From Candidatus Latescibacterota bacterium (GTDB taxonomy: Bacteria > Latescibacterota > UBA2968 > UBA8231), in contig CBDFJF010000002.1 in the NCBI GenBank assembly GCA_965248265.1, positions 1,091,044 to 1,155,043 of the forward strand: a DNA stretch of 64,000 nt, read 5' to 3'. The notes below the pieces were generated by a model. It was not told the DNA's origin. It saw only the letters and a list, made by a program, of their open reading frames with translations, and did not search any database. The translations under genes and the position numbers were made by a program. This document shows, piece after piece, positions 18,892-30,319 of the stretch. Numbering within the stretch: the first letter of the stretch is position 1; every line of letters begins with the position of its first letter.

Positions 18892-19177
18892 CGTGATCCG
18901 CTCTCGTAATCGTCTCCTCGGCGGCGTCGAACGCCTCTTCCTGGGGAATGGTGTGGCCAGCGTCGACGTCGGCCTGAGCGTGCGCTGCCAACCTCAGCAA
19001 GGCCATTGCCTTGCGCCAGGCGTCGTAAGTCTCCACCCCCATCACGGCAACCTTGGCCTCCCCGTTCTGGGTGATTATCACGGTGTTGCCGCTCTCCGAA
19101 ACCTGGCTCACGAGATCGGCTGTCTTGTTCTTCAGATACGTAATCGGCTTGATCTGCGCCGTGAAATCCATGGACAC
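18884..19177 (-). CDS. Phd/YefM-family antitoxin
   Basis: NTVIITQNGEAKVAVMGVETYDAW fits the Phd/YefM family. It is 97 aa and overlaps the toxin by 8 bp. Confidence 0.6.
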   Translation of the reverse strand: MSMDFTAQIKPITYLKNKTADLVSQVSESGNTVIITQNGEAKVAVMGVETYDAWRKAMALLRLAAHAQADVDAGHTIPQEEAFDAAEETITRADHDA

Positions 19178-19190
19178 CTCCCTCGAGTAT

Positions 19191-19224
19191 ATAGGTCAGA
19201 ATATAGCACGTAATTATGACCTAT
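19191..19224. promoter_or_regulatory. Perfect 8-bp inverted repeat ATAGGTCA-N18-TGACCTAT next to a TATATA box. It is the putative operator of the parE/phd operon.
   Basis: Read directly from the sequence. It lies 14 bp upstream of the antitoxin start. Confidence 0.45.
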
Positions 19225-19446
19225 GCAAAACCGGCAACGTATCATCCGGCGCAGGACCCGATCACGAGGGGCGTGCTGTCGCAGCGGGCAAGACCCACGA
19301 GGTTTCCAAGAAAGAGTTTGCACAACACACGATGTTAAAAAGGCCAGGGACTCCACGGGAGATTGCCGCGTGAGTTCTGTTCCTGGCTTCTGACGAGGCG
19401 TCATTCGTCACCGGCTCCTGCCTGTTTGCCGACGGTGGCCAGACGG

Positions 19447-20457
19447 CTATGTAAAGAAAATTGGATTCGACCAGGCATATCCGTCTTCTCCATCCCAGAT
19501 TTCGACGCGGAAATACCGTCCCACCGGCATCTCCTCACTGATGCTGCCGTGTTCCCGCAATCCCGCGACGAGTCCCGCTGCCCGTTCCGGCGTTGCCACG
19601 CGTCCAAGCGACACGGTCGCCCCATCCAGCAGCTCCCCGGGTGGAGCCACCTGCCGAGTCCCCATCCACGGCAACGAGGCGAAGGTGATGGAGCGGACCG
19701 GCGACGTGGTCACGCGAATCTCTCCATCCGCGATGGTGACATCCTCGAATACTGGGCCGGTTGTTGAATAGAACATCCCTTTTTTCATGGCATCGAGGAT
19801 AGCGGGCCGGCTGCAGTCCGTGGCGCGGACGACAACCCAGGCTTTGAAACGGTCGAAATCCCGTTTGTCGGGCGCGCCCGGCAGGTCGCCGCTGTGGCGG
19901 TCGTCGGAGGCCAGACCCAGGACCCGCTGACCCACCGAGAGTAGGTCGTCCCAGTGCGTTTGCGCGAAACCGCGACGTCCCGAGCCGTGGCAATAGGCGT
20001 TGTAGACCTCTATTCCAGCAATGCCTTCCAACTCCATCATCTTGCCCGAATAGACCCCGCTCATGTGCGGATGAGAGATCACTGGCATCCCCCCTTTTTC
20101 CAGCACATCATCGATCACCTGCTGCGGATGCACATAGGAACGCCACACCTCGTCGATTCCCAGGCTGCAGACTTCCATGGCAAAGGTGCCGTCGCAACAG
20201 ACCGCGATCTCCGCTCCGGGGATAACCAGCATCGTGGCAGCCCGGCTCTGTGACACATCCGCCACCACATTGTGATCGGTGATGACCAGAAAGTCGTAGC
20301 CGCGGTCCTCATATTCCCGGGTCAATTCAGCGACGGACAGCTTGCCATCAGACGTTGTCGTGTGGGAATGCGTATTGCCGCGATACCAATCGCCCGTGGC
20401 TGAAAATGGGTTGCCTTCCATCCTATTTACGTGCCTGCCAGGCACGCACAAAGCCAT
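19447..20457 (-). CDS. PHP-domain metal-dependent phosphoesterase
   Basis: GNTHSHTTTSDG and ITDHN motifs. The start may be the ATG at 20418 (MEGNPF). Confidence 0.6.
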   Translation of the reverse strand: MALCVPGRHVNRMEGNPFSATGDWYRGNTHSHTTTSDGKLSVAELTREYEDRGYDFLVITDHNVVADVSQSRAATMLVIPGAEIAVCCDGTFAMEVCSLGIDEVWRSYVHPQQVIDDVLEKGGMPVISHPHMSGVYSGKMMELEGIAGIEVYNAYCHGSGRRGFAQTHWDDLLSVGQRVLGLASDDRHSGDLPGAPDKRDFDRFKAWVVVRATDCSRPAILDAMKKGMFYSTTGPVFEDVTIADGEIRVTTSPVRSITFASLPWMGTRQVAPPGELLDGATVSLGRVATPERAAGLVAGLREHGSISEEMPVGRYFRVEIWDGEDGYAWSNPIFFT

Positions 20458-21288
20458 CCTTTGCCCGTCGCACCATCGTCAGCGGATCGAGCTTCCAGAG
20501 GGAGTCGGGATAATTTGCTTCGAAGGTACCGTCGTCGGAGAAGATCTCAAGATCGTACCACCCGTCAAAACCGCCAGCTTCCAAGGCGCCAAGGAGTGCC
20601 GGCAAGTCCATGGCCCCTTCACCGGGCAGCGCTCGATCCGCCCAGCCGCGGGTAGGCTCACGCCAATCGTTGATATGGATGACACTGCCGAAGCGGCCCA
20701 CGTGCTCTCGAATCTGCCGCAGAATGTCCGGTTGGTCCCAATGATGGTAGAGGTCGAACAGGATGCTGACATTGGGTTGGTCAATCTGATCGATCAACTC
20801 GATCGTCTGCGCCAGGTTGGTGATGATGGTCTTGTCACCCAGCACCTTGGGATGTAGTGGCTCAACGGCGATTTGAATCCCCAATTCGCCCGCCGTCTGT
20901 GCCGCCTTGCGCAAGCCGTCAGCCGCGATGCGCCGCGCTTCATCGAGCGGCAACTTACCCTTCGACCCGGGCAGGCACCCGATCGCAAGCGGATCGAACG
21001 GAGCCAGGCGGCGAATCCCCGCGCACATCGCCTCGACTCTCCCATCCACATCTGTCGGCCCACCGAACCCGCTGGGAAGCACCTCGACTACCGATGGGCG
21101 CACAAGGTTGCCTGCAGGCCACTGGCGCGCAACTGGTCCAACGATTCGCCGTCGCGGCCTTCGGGTAGCTTGAACTCCCAGATCCCGACGCCGCCGGCTC
21201 CCGCTTCGCGGTAGACGGCCAGATCTTCCTGGAAGGTGAGGTGATAGGTAGTCACTTCTGAGACCGAAAATTTTGGTTCATTACACAT
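20423..21288 (-). pseudogene. Sugar-phosphate isomerase/epimerase (xylose-isomerase-like TIM barrel), split by a frameshift near 21095
   Basis: Two overlapping ORFs (21088-21288 and 20423-21103) together cover one TIM-barrel protein (EVTTYHLTF...GIWEF / ...LHPKVLGDKTIIT...HINDW). This is either a real frameshift or a sequencing error. Confidence 0.5.
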
Positions 21289-21334
21289 CAGGGCACCTCA
21301 AATCAAACACAGGGTTAGATGTGGCCTAATGGCA

Positions 21335-22168
21335 TCACGCGTTCCGGTCTGCCCGCAGCTGGTCGTAGATTTCCGGTCGGCGGAAATGTCTGAAGAAGCC
21401 GTCGGCGAAGGCGCGTGCGTTCGCCAGATCGTCCGCCTTGAGGTCGGTGACGACGATCTCTTCGCTGGTGGTGGAAGACTCGGCTATGACCTCGCCGCGA
21501 GGATTGCAGATGAAGGATCCACCGGAAAAGATCTTGCCCGTGCCGTTGTCTCCCACCTGGTTGCATACCGCTACGTAAACCGTGTTGTCGAGGGCGCGGG
21601 CCGGAATAAAGCGCAGCCATCCCGCTTTCTTGTCAGCCGCAGATGCCCCCACTCCGGATGAGTGCGGCAGAAAGAGGATCTCGGCACCGCGTTCGGCCAG
21701 GATGGAGCTGACCTCAGGGAAGTGAGCATCATAGCAGATTTCGATGCCGTAACGGACTTTGGGGTGCTCGAAGGCCGGTATATCGCTGCCGCAGCTCCAG
21801 GTGCTGATCTCACTGGTGGGAACGTGTGTCTTGCGGTAGTTGCCGACCATACCTTGCGGGCCGAAGACCACCTGGGTGTTGTAGACGATGCCGCTGACGT
21901 CCCGTTCCAGCAGGCCGGCCATGAAGGTGATGCCGAGGCGTCGGCCGATGCCGACCAGGGCTTCGGTAGACGGTCCGGGGATCGGTTCCGGGGTCGATGC
22001 GGCAGGGTCTCCGGCAGTGTAACCCTGAACCGAGAGCTCGGGGAAGCAGACCAGGTCGACCCGGTCGGCCGCCGCATCGCTCAGGAATTGCTCCATCCTG
22101 GCGATGTTTCCCTCCGCCTCGCCGACGCGGCAGGTCATCTGTACTACGGCAATACGTACATCCTGCAT
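21335..22168 (-). CDS. Carbon-nitrogen hydrolase (nitrilase/amidase superfamily)
   Basis: E-K-C triad context: VCFPELSV (E), YRKTH (K), the catalytic Cys in the EICYD motif. It is 277 aa. Confidence 0.75.
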   Translation of the reverse strand: MQDVRIAVVQMTCRVGEAEGNIARMEQFLSDAAADRVDLVCFPELSVQGYTAGDPAASTPEPIPGPSTEALVGIGRRLGITFMAGLLERDVSGIVYNTQVVFGPQGMVGNYRKTHVPTSEISTWSCGSDIPAFEHPKVRYGIEICYDAHFPEVSSILAERGAEILFLPHSSGVGASAADKKAGWLRFIPARALDNTVYVAVCNQVGDNGTGKIFSGGSFICNPRGEVIAESSTTSEEIVVTDLKADDLANARAFADGFFRHFRRPEIYDQLRADRNA

Positions 22169-22192
22169 GCGAATTTTCCTACCCAGGCCGGC

Positions 22193-23773
22193 TCAATGGG
22201 GCGGCGTCTCTTGCACAGCGCCAAACCAATAGGAGTATATGGAGGCGTCATTCAGGTTAAAGCGCAGCTGCACCGGTTGGTTGACCAGGGCCGCCAGGTC
22301 GCCGGTCCGCCACTGTACGGGATAGCGCCCACGATCTCCTTTGATGGGCCTTGACTCGGCAACCGTGCTGCCTGACTTATCCAGCACCTCCACCTGTACC
22401 GACCCACCGGCCGCATCGAGGTTGATGAACAACCATGGACTCTGCGGCAGAAATGATTCCGTCAGTAGTGCTCCCCCGTCGGGGCCGGCATCCAGCGAGA
22501 TGAAACCGTCCCGCCTGAGCACGGCCAAGCAGGCGGCGCTGCGCTTGGGTTCCGGGTCGGCAGGCTCCTGGCGATATCGCGAACCATTATAATAGAACCA
22601 CAGCTCCTCATTCTTCAGAATCGCATTGGAAGGCGGCATGATCCCGTTGCGATCGTATGCCCCTGATTCGATCGTGGACGGACCGATGAAGGCCTCGCGT
22701 TTGCCCAGTCGGTTCCAGTTGTGCAGATCACGGCTCGAGGTCAGCTGCACCAGGTGGAACCCATCGGAATTCTCGTCTACGTCACCGGTGTGATGGAAGA
22801 ATGCGGGCAATCCGATATAAAGGCCTTCGTAGCGGAATACCCCCATGTTGTAGACATCGACGAAATACTCCTCGGGCACATTGAAAATCGGCTGGTTGAG
22901 TGAAGGATCGTCCAGCCGCGCGGCGATCACCTCTCGATTGAGTTCCTGGTCCCGCTCATCCGCGTGAAAAACCAGCTCCGGATGTGTCCAGTGCTCGAAG
23001 TCCATGCCGGTGGCCAGGGCTATGGAACGGCCGTATGGGCCCATCTCCCCTTCTTTCAAGGTGGCGATGAAGGTCCCCGTCTCTTCGTCCAGACTGAAAT
23101 TACCCTCGTCACCACAGGGCAGTCCGGGGCAGTCCAGCAGGCGCCAGTGAATGCCGTCGGCACTCACGACCAGATCTCGTGTCTGATAACGGCCCATGCC
23201 TTCAAAGCGCTCGTTCTCCGGGGCGTCCTGCCGTTCGCTGACCCGGATCACCCAGCTCAGCTGGTACTGGCGCGGATTGTCGAGCACATGCCCCTGGGGA
23301 AATGCCAGGCGCCACGGGTTGTGAGTGAGCTTCCAGTGTTGGGAGATGGGGCTCACCATGCGCTCCGAGGATCCGCGCAAGTGGAGGGCCTTGTAACGCC
23401 GTGACGGATCCGGGTCGGTGGGATCGAAAACCACCTGCATGCCGCACGGGCCCGCCACCAGACCATTCTCCAGCGAGCCTTTGTGCTCCCGCACCCGCAG
23501 CACCGGACGTTCCCAGTTGACCCCGTCGGTGCTTTGCGCCAGCCCGATACCTCCCTCACACATGATCCAGAGTTTGTAGCAGCCGGCCTGAGCGTCCCAC
23601 GCCGGAGCGCCACGGATCTGAATGTAGCGTTCGTCGTCTTGCGGCTCGATCACCGCACCTTTCTTTTCGGGCTGGTGCATGGTGCGCTGGAGGCGTTGGG
23701 TCTCGGCGATACCGTGATCGTCCAGAAAGAGCTGTCGCTGACCGACCGGAACTTGGAAGGGCTTGCTAGTCAT
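22193..23773 (-). CDS. Beta-propeller glycosidase-like protein, paralog 3 (more divergent)
   Basis: Its LAQSTDGVNWERPVL blade aligns with the other paralogs (YAVS.DG..WEKP.L). It has a C-terminal beta-sandwich-like tail. Confidence 0.45.
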   Translation of the reverse strand: MTSKPFQVPVGQRQLFLDDHGIAETQRLQRTMHQPEKKGAVIEPQDDERYIQIRGAPAWDAQAGCYKLWIMCEGGIGLAQSTDGVNWERPVLRVREHKGSLENGLVAGPCGMQVVFDPTDPDPSRRYKALHLRGSSERMVSPISQHWKLTHNPWRLAFPQGHVLDNPRQYQLSWVIRVSERQDAPENERFEGMGRYQTRDLVVSADGIHWRLLDCPGLPCGDEGNFSLDEETGTFIATLKEGEMGPYGRSIALATGMDFEHWTHPELVFHADERDQELNREVIAARLDDPSLNQPIFNVPEEYFVDVYNMGVFRYEGLYIGLPAFFHHTGDVDENSDGFHLVQLTSSRDLHNWNRLGKREAFIGPSTIESGAYDRNGIMPPSNAILKNEELWFYYNGSRYRQEPADPEPKRSAACLAVLRRDGFISLDAGPDGGALLTESFLPQSPWLFINLDAAGGSVQVEVLDKSGSTVAESRPIKGDRGRYPVQWRTGDLAALVNQPVQLRFNLNDASIYSYWFGAVQETPPH

Positions 23774-23839
23774 GTGGGAATCTCCATGCGTTCAGGTACT
23801 GTCACGAATCGTGTCGGGCCGCTGCAGGATTCGCTTGCC

Positions 23840-24232
23840 TTACCGCACCTTCAGCCAGCTCGCCTGCTTCGATGCCCCACTCGGCGGAGGGCTGAAGATG
23901 TAGTAATAGACCAAATCTTCGTCACCGTTGTTGAAGGACTGATGATGCACGTTGGCGGGGATAAAGACCGTCATGCCCTGCCGAACTGTGTATTCTTCAT
24001 CCCCCAGTACCAGTTTTCCCTCACCGCTGACGACGTAGTAAATCTCGTCTGCAACAGGGTGTATGTCTGGTTCAGACTCATGGCCGGGATACAGCCGCCA
24101 CAGGCCGGTCACCATCACTTCGGACCCACAAGAATCGTGAGTAATCAGCGGCGTCACACAGCGGGACGCATTCTGCGCTTCCCACATTGGAAGGTGCTCG
24201 TGCTCAATAATGCAGTTGGCATACTTCGACAT
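23840..24232 (-). CDS. Cupin-domain protein
   Basis: 130 aa. Cupin motifs G(X)5HXH-like (GLWRLYPGHESEPDIHPVADEIYYVVSGEGKL) and PANVHHQ. Confidence 0.55.
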   Translation of the reverse strand: MSKYANCIIEHEHLPMWEAQNASRCVTPLITHDSCGSEVMVTGLWRLYPGHESEPDIHPVADEIYYVVSGEGKLVLGDEEYTVRQGMTVFIPANVHHQSFNNGDEDLVYYYIFSPPPSGASKQASWLKVR

Positions 24233-24371
24233 CGTGATTTCCTCGACCTCTTGCGGGCCAGTTAGTCAGATACTGATTGTATAGGAACGATACACGGCCA
24301 AAAGAGATAGTCTAGATTGCCTGGGGCCTGAAGTCGAGCGGAACTTGGGGCTGGTTGGGTGTTTCGCGGGG

Positions 24372-24406
24372 CTCAGCCGGCCCGTACCGGGTGTTTTCCG
24401 GCTGAG
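24372..24406. promoter_or_regulatory. 9-bp perfect inverted repeat CTCAGCCGG-N17-CCGGCTGAG in the divergent cupin/groEL intergenic region. It is a candidate operator and is not CIRCE-like.
   Basis: Read directly from the sequence. A TATAAT hexamer lies at about 24438. Confidence 0.3.
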
Positions 24407-24527
24407 TCATTCGATCGTGTTCCTGAAAAGGGGGGCTTTCTATAATGACGATGTGACGCTATTTTATACGGCTCGGCTCTAATCCGTTGTTCGCATACTT
24501 CTAAATCGGAAACAGGGGTATATCTGA

Positions 24528-26213
<1,686 letters not shown>

Positions 26214-26252
26214 GCCGGCCTGGTCTGAGAAATTCAGGCGAGTAAACAGAAC

Positions 26253-26291
26253 CTGGAGCTGCGGTGATCGCGGCTCCGGGTTTTTTTTTAG
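26253..26291 (+). terminator. Rho-independent terminator of groEL
   Basis: The GC stem ggagctgcggtgatcgcggctccgg is followed by a run of 9 T. Confidence 0.7.
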
Positions 26292-26472
26292 CCGGATTCA
26301 GCTCACCTTGGCGGCCATCGCGCTCTGCTCTTCCGCGAATCGTTTGCGCGTCATGAGATATCCTCCTGGCCTTAACCATAGCCGGTGAACTCTCACTAAC
26401 AATAGTCCAGTTTCTGGGGGCAAGGTCAGATGAATGATGGCGAGCCGTGTTGCGGTACTCGCCAGTGACCCT

Positions 26473-28140
26473 TCACTCTCCCGCTTGACCCGACAGCCTC
26501 ACTTCCTTGAAGACGTCGCCTCGGGCGTTGCTCTCTATCTCGAGCGTGGCTCGATGGGCGCCTCGCGCTGCCGGCCGAAACTCGATTTCGAGCTCCAGTG
26601 TCTTGCCGGGCTCGATGAGCGCGCGCTTGGGCGCGCCTTCCGCCAGAAAGAAAGGCGCCGCGAGGACAGCTATGCGTGACAACTCCAGATTCTCAGTCCC
26701 CAGATTAGCCACCCGCAGAGCCCTACGGTCGATCGATCCGACGGCGGTTTCGTCGAATGCGAGAAACGACGGGGTTATCTTGATCGCAGCGAAATCCTTC
26801 AGTGACAGAACGCGGTCCGTCATTTCGGACACGCTTGACTTCTGCAGGTCGAAATCTTCCTGAACCAGCTTCTGCGCCTCGGCGAAGCGTCCGGCCTCCG
26901 TCAGTGCCTTGCCCAGCAGATAGCGAACAGAGATATCGGTCGGAGCTGCCTGCTGTGCGGCAGTCAAAACCTCGATGGCCTCATCGCCACGACCCAAGGC
27001 GAGCAACAGATCGCCGTAATAGGGCGCGATATCCTTCAAGCGCGTCGGCCGCAGGCCTTCGTAAACCTGTAGGAGGCTCGCGATCTTGTCCTGATGCTGC
27101 TCGTATCCGGCGCCGAGTGGGATCGAACGTGTCAAATCGATGATATCTCTGTTTATCTGCGAAAACAGAATCGGGTGGAGCACTTTGAAGCGCTCGGCAA
27201 GGCGATACGTCCTGATCATGGGCTCCATGATGCACGCTTCCTGATCTACGTGGATGGCTCCCAGGACGTGGGCTATCTCATGGACGAAGCCATGGGCGTT
27301 CATGACCCTGTTGACGACGATGTTCGTGAGCACGCGAGCGTACCCGATCGCCGACACCCCCCGCCATGAGGTCGCTGGCGCCGGCGGCCCCACGCACACG
27401 AAGGTCATGTCGACCTTGTCCCTGCCGGGCACGGCGGCGGCGGCCTCGGCGATAGTGAAGATGCCAGCCTCGGGTGCTGACCAGCGCTTAATCCTCACCA
27501 CCTCGAGGGCGATGCCGAATTCGCGCGCCAGAACACGTGCCGTCAGATCGAGTTGCGACTGGAGGTACTCCTTCGTGCGCTTGCCCGGGCCCCTCAAACG
27601 CTGGTCCGTGAGCACGAGCAGCCGGATCGTAGTCGATGTGGGGTAGGTCTTGACCGGAATATCGACGAAGGCCTCATCGAGATTGCCGTACGGCTCGAGG
27701 TTCGTGTACGACGGCGGATCGAAATAGGGCGCTCTCAACTGTGCCTTCCAGGAAGCGAGCTTCTCACCACTGCCGGTCTCGAACAGACGCAGCTCTGCCT
27801 CAGCCCTATTTTCGTTCTCGTATTCTCCGAAGCCCTTCACGGTCGCCGCGAGTACGGCGTCGGCGCCCAGCTCCGCGGCCTTGTCGACCGCTTCCGCCTC
27901 AGTTTCTACGTAATACTGATCGAGGTTGTAGGCCCGATAGTTCTTGACGTTGTCCAGATAACCGGCCAGAAAAACACTGACGTCCGGTGCCAGGGCGTCA
28001 CCCTTTTCGATGACGGTGAACACTCCGATACTGCTGACGCCGTCCAGCCCCGCCGCGACCGGCGTCCCGACCGTCAGGCATGCGACAAGCACGGGCCAGC
28101 CCAGCTGTCTGGCGGAACAGGCATACCCTGCCCTCGACAT
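26473..28140 (-). CDS. Secreted zinc metalloprotease (HExxHxxGxxH metzincin-type motif) with helical repeat regions
   Basis: Signal-peptide-like N-terminus (LVACLTVGTPVAAG). Motif HEIAHVLGAIH. Confidence 0.6.
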   Translation of the reverse strand: MSRAGYACSARQLGWPVLVACLTVGTPVAAGLDGVSSIGVFTVIEKGDALAPDVSVFLAGYLDNVKNYRAYNLDQYYVETEAEAVDKAAELGADAVLAATVKGFGEYENENRAEAELRLFETGSGEKLASWKAQLRAPYFDPPSYTNLEPYGNLDEAFVDIPVKTYPTSTTIRLLVLTDQRLRGPGKRTKEYLQSQLDLTARVLAREFGIALEVVRIKRWSAPEAGIFTIAEAAAAVPGRDKVDMTFVCVGPPAPATSWRGVSAIGYARVLTNIVVNRVMNAHGFVHEIAHVLGAIHVDQEACIMEPMIRTYRLAERFKVLHPILFSQINRDIIDLTRSIPLGAGYEQHQDKIASLLQVYEGLRPTRLKDIAPYYGDLLLALGRGDEAIEVLTAAQQAAPTDISVRYLLGKALTEAGRFAEAQKLVQEDFDLQKSSVSEMTDRVLSLKDFAAIKITPSFLAFDETAVGSIDRRALRVANLGTENLELSRIAVLAAPFFLAEGAPKRALIEPGKTLELEIEFRPAARGAHRATLEIESNARGDVFKEVRLSGQAGE

Positions 28141-28149
28141 CGATCCTCG

Positions 28150-29304
28150 CTACCGCAGCCTGGTGAGGGTGGACCGGGTCTCGTTGGCAGTGGCTTCAAA
28201 GAGGCCGAACAACAAGCTGTTCCGTGGGATTTTGAATCCTCCCTTGATGATGAACATCTCATTCATATCTGACGACCCCAGCAGGTCATCGTGATAACGG
28301 ACCACCTGCTTTCGCGCGCTCCAGACTTCATTTCGCGCGGGCAAGAGCTCGATCGATTGCACGAGGTCGAAGGTCCACTGCAGCACCTTGGTGACTTCCT
28401 GCTTCTTCTTATAATGCAGGGTCGAAGCCAGCAGATCTTCCGATTTTCTGCTCTTGACTCTGGTGTCTTCCACGGTTTCCGCATCCAGGTTGTCGAGCCC
28501 GACGAGCATCACGTAATCAGCCAGCGTTCCCTTGAGCTCGCTCAAGCTGGGGCATGGGATTATGCGGCGAAACTTGCGCTTCAGGCTCATGGATCCGGCA
28601 AGCGTTTCTGACAGAAAGCTGGTGCCGGCGGCGGCAGCGTTATCGGGCCAGTAGCGGAATCTTGACATCGAGTTCGAGTTCATCTTTCTCTCTGTCTTGA
28701 AATGGACAGCGAGCACGTAGACGCCCCTGGGGATTGATTTCACATCCGCCGGCGGTGGGGGACGCAGCCTTCGAGCTGCGGTAGACAGCAGTACGATCGC
28801 GATGCCGCGCGCTCTGCTTTCGTCCAGTTCAATCGCATCCGCCGCCTCGCCGATCAATTCATCCAGAAAGATCTCCTCCTCCGACGGCAGAGACATCTGC
28901 AGCGTGGAGAGCAATTCGGAAACGTAAAGACCGATGGTATCGGGAGGTGCGCCCGTCAGCTTTGCCGTGCTGGCCTCTATCTCGCTTCGCTGCTGCTGAA
29001 TCTCGTCTTGCGGAGCTGCGGCCAGTACGCTGCTGGCGAGGGATGCCAGGGAATCGGGAGCCGCGCTGCGGGGGAACATGATCGATCCCGCCGCGTCGCC
29101 GATGACGGTGTTGAGGGTGACGTCTTTGTCGCCGTCGAGGGTTTCGTGAAGCATCTCGAGAGCCGAGAGCGTCAGCAACAGCGTTTTACCTGGCTTCGTA
29201 CCGGGCTCAGCGGAGCTCGCCTGTCGCGCTGTCGAGGCGCACAGCACGATGGCGGCGATTTTGATGACGTCGGAAAGGTTCATCGCATATCCTTTTTTCA
29301 TCAT
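28150..29304 (-). CDS. Secreted hypothetical protein, co-operonic with the metalloprotease
   Basis: The likely start is MMKKGYAMNLSDVIKIAAIVLCASTA (signal peptide), with an RBS aggtgg. The ORF-track start at 29571 is probably too far upstream. Confidence 0.4.
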   Translation of the reverse strand: MMKKGYAMNLSDVIKIAAIVLCASTARQASSAEPGTKPGKTLLLTLSALEMLHETLDGDKDVTLNTVIGDAAGSIMFPRSAAPDSLASLASSVLAAAPQDEIQQQRSEIEASTAKLTGAPPDTIGLYVSELLSTLQMSLPSEEEIFLDELIGEAADAIELDESRARGIAIVLLSTAARRLRPPPPADVKSIPRGVYVLAVHFKTERKMNSNSMSRFRYWPDNAAAAGTSFLSETLAGSMSLKRKFRRIIPCPSLSELKGTLADYVMLVGLDNLDAETVEDTRVKSRKSEDLLASTLHYKKKQEVTKVLQWTFDLVQSIELLPARNEVWSARKQVVRYHDDLLGSSDMNEMFIIKGGFKIPRNSLLFGLFEATANETRSTLTRLR

Positions 29305-29574
29305 AAGCAAAGCCACCTGGCCGGCGATAGGCCAGACGGGGGGATGCTCTGTATCGGCCTTCCACCGCGCTTTCCCCTCACGAAAATAGATGGCTCCGGG
29401 CAGGTGTCCGTTGTCCTGCTGTCCGGCAAGGTTGTTCTCGATCGGTGGCGCGCATGTTCGGCATCGAGTGGCAGGATATCCAGGATGGCATGCTTGCCGT
29501 GGAGATCCGCCACATAGTTCAGCATAATCGCCATTCTGCCTTGCCCAGCGCCTGCATCTTGCTGGTATCAATCT

Positions 29575-29829
29575 TCATTTGAACTTCAGCAAGGCCTTCA
29601 TGGCGGGCGCTCCGCTCTCCATCTGTTCGAACACGCTGGGAAGATCCTCCACGGCGACCTGACCCGTTATCATGCGCTCAAACGGATACCGGCCGTGGTA
29701 GATCGACAGATCCGAGCCGCAGACGCCGCCGTAAGCGACCTCGATGCGGACCTCCGACGCCCCCGGGGACCGGGGTTCGCAAGGACGAAATTCGAGTTGT
29801 CTTCTTCCGGTGTAAAAAGCCGCTGTCAT
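29575..29829 (-). pseudogene. Internally deleted remnant of a Zn-dependent alcohol dehydrogenase (MDR) gene
   Basis: The 84-aa ORF joins an ADH N-terminal motif (EVRIEVAYGGVCGSDLSIYHG) directly to a C-terminal tail (MKALLKF). Confidence 0.5.
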
Positions 29830-30319
29830 GAGAGCACCTGCGCGACATGGGTGTCAGGGGTGTGAGGGAAGGAAGTGGAAGGGTGTAGCGGGGTCAACCG
29901 AGTCATCTCGAGCACTCGCTCCATATCCGGGATATTGAGCCTGTCGTCCTCTGCTAAACTCTTAGATGCCAGGCGTTCGCGTTCAGATAGGCTGCCCCTC
30001 AAAAAACCTGTCTCTCGTCAGCGCCCCATGCTTCGCAGAACTCCCGGTCGACTTCCTCGATCAATCGGCCGAGCTGCTCATCGCCAATCAACGCACCGAT
30101 CTCCCCATAGATCCGGTCAAGCGCAAAGTCGCGGCGACGTAACTCACGTCCGCCATGGCAGAAATCGTGGTGCGTGGCGTGCCGGAGAGCCCAGCGCCCT
30201 TGACGTATCTGAAACCTTCTTGAGGTGCTCGACTCTGGTCTGTACCACACGATGCCAAGCCATCGCAGCATCTCCAGGCTTGCTGTTGTAACTCTTTGCA
30301 GAGATGAGAGTTACGCCTC

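Noticed and set aside
26300-26356. An 18-codon ORF (MTRKRFAEEQSAMAAKVS) on the minus strand with a perfect AGGAGG Shine-Dalgarno sequence, just downstream of the groEL terminator
   Set aside because: It is too short to assign. It could be a leader peptide or a relic of a transposase OrfA N-terminus. Without conservation it stays a curiosity. No ORF continues in any frame.
29999-30271. A 90-aa ORF containing HATHHDFCHGG, considered as a metal-dependent hydrolase or ImmA-like peptidase fragment
   Set aside because: The motif resemblance is weak and the ORF is short. It lies in a region of pseudogene debris between the ADH remnant and GH32. It has no support beyond an open frame.
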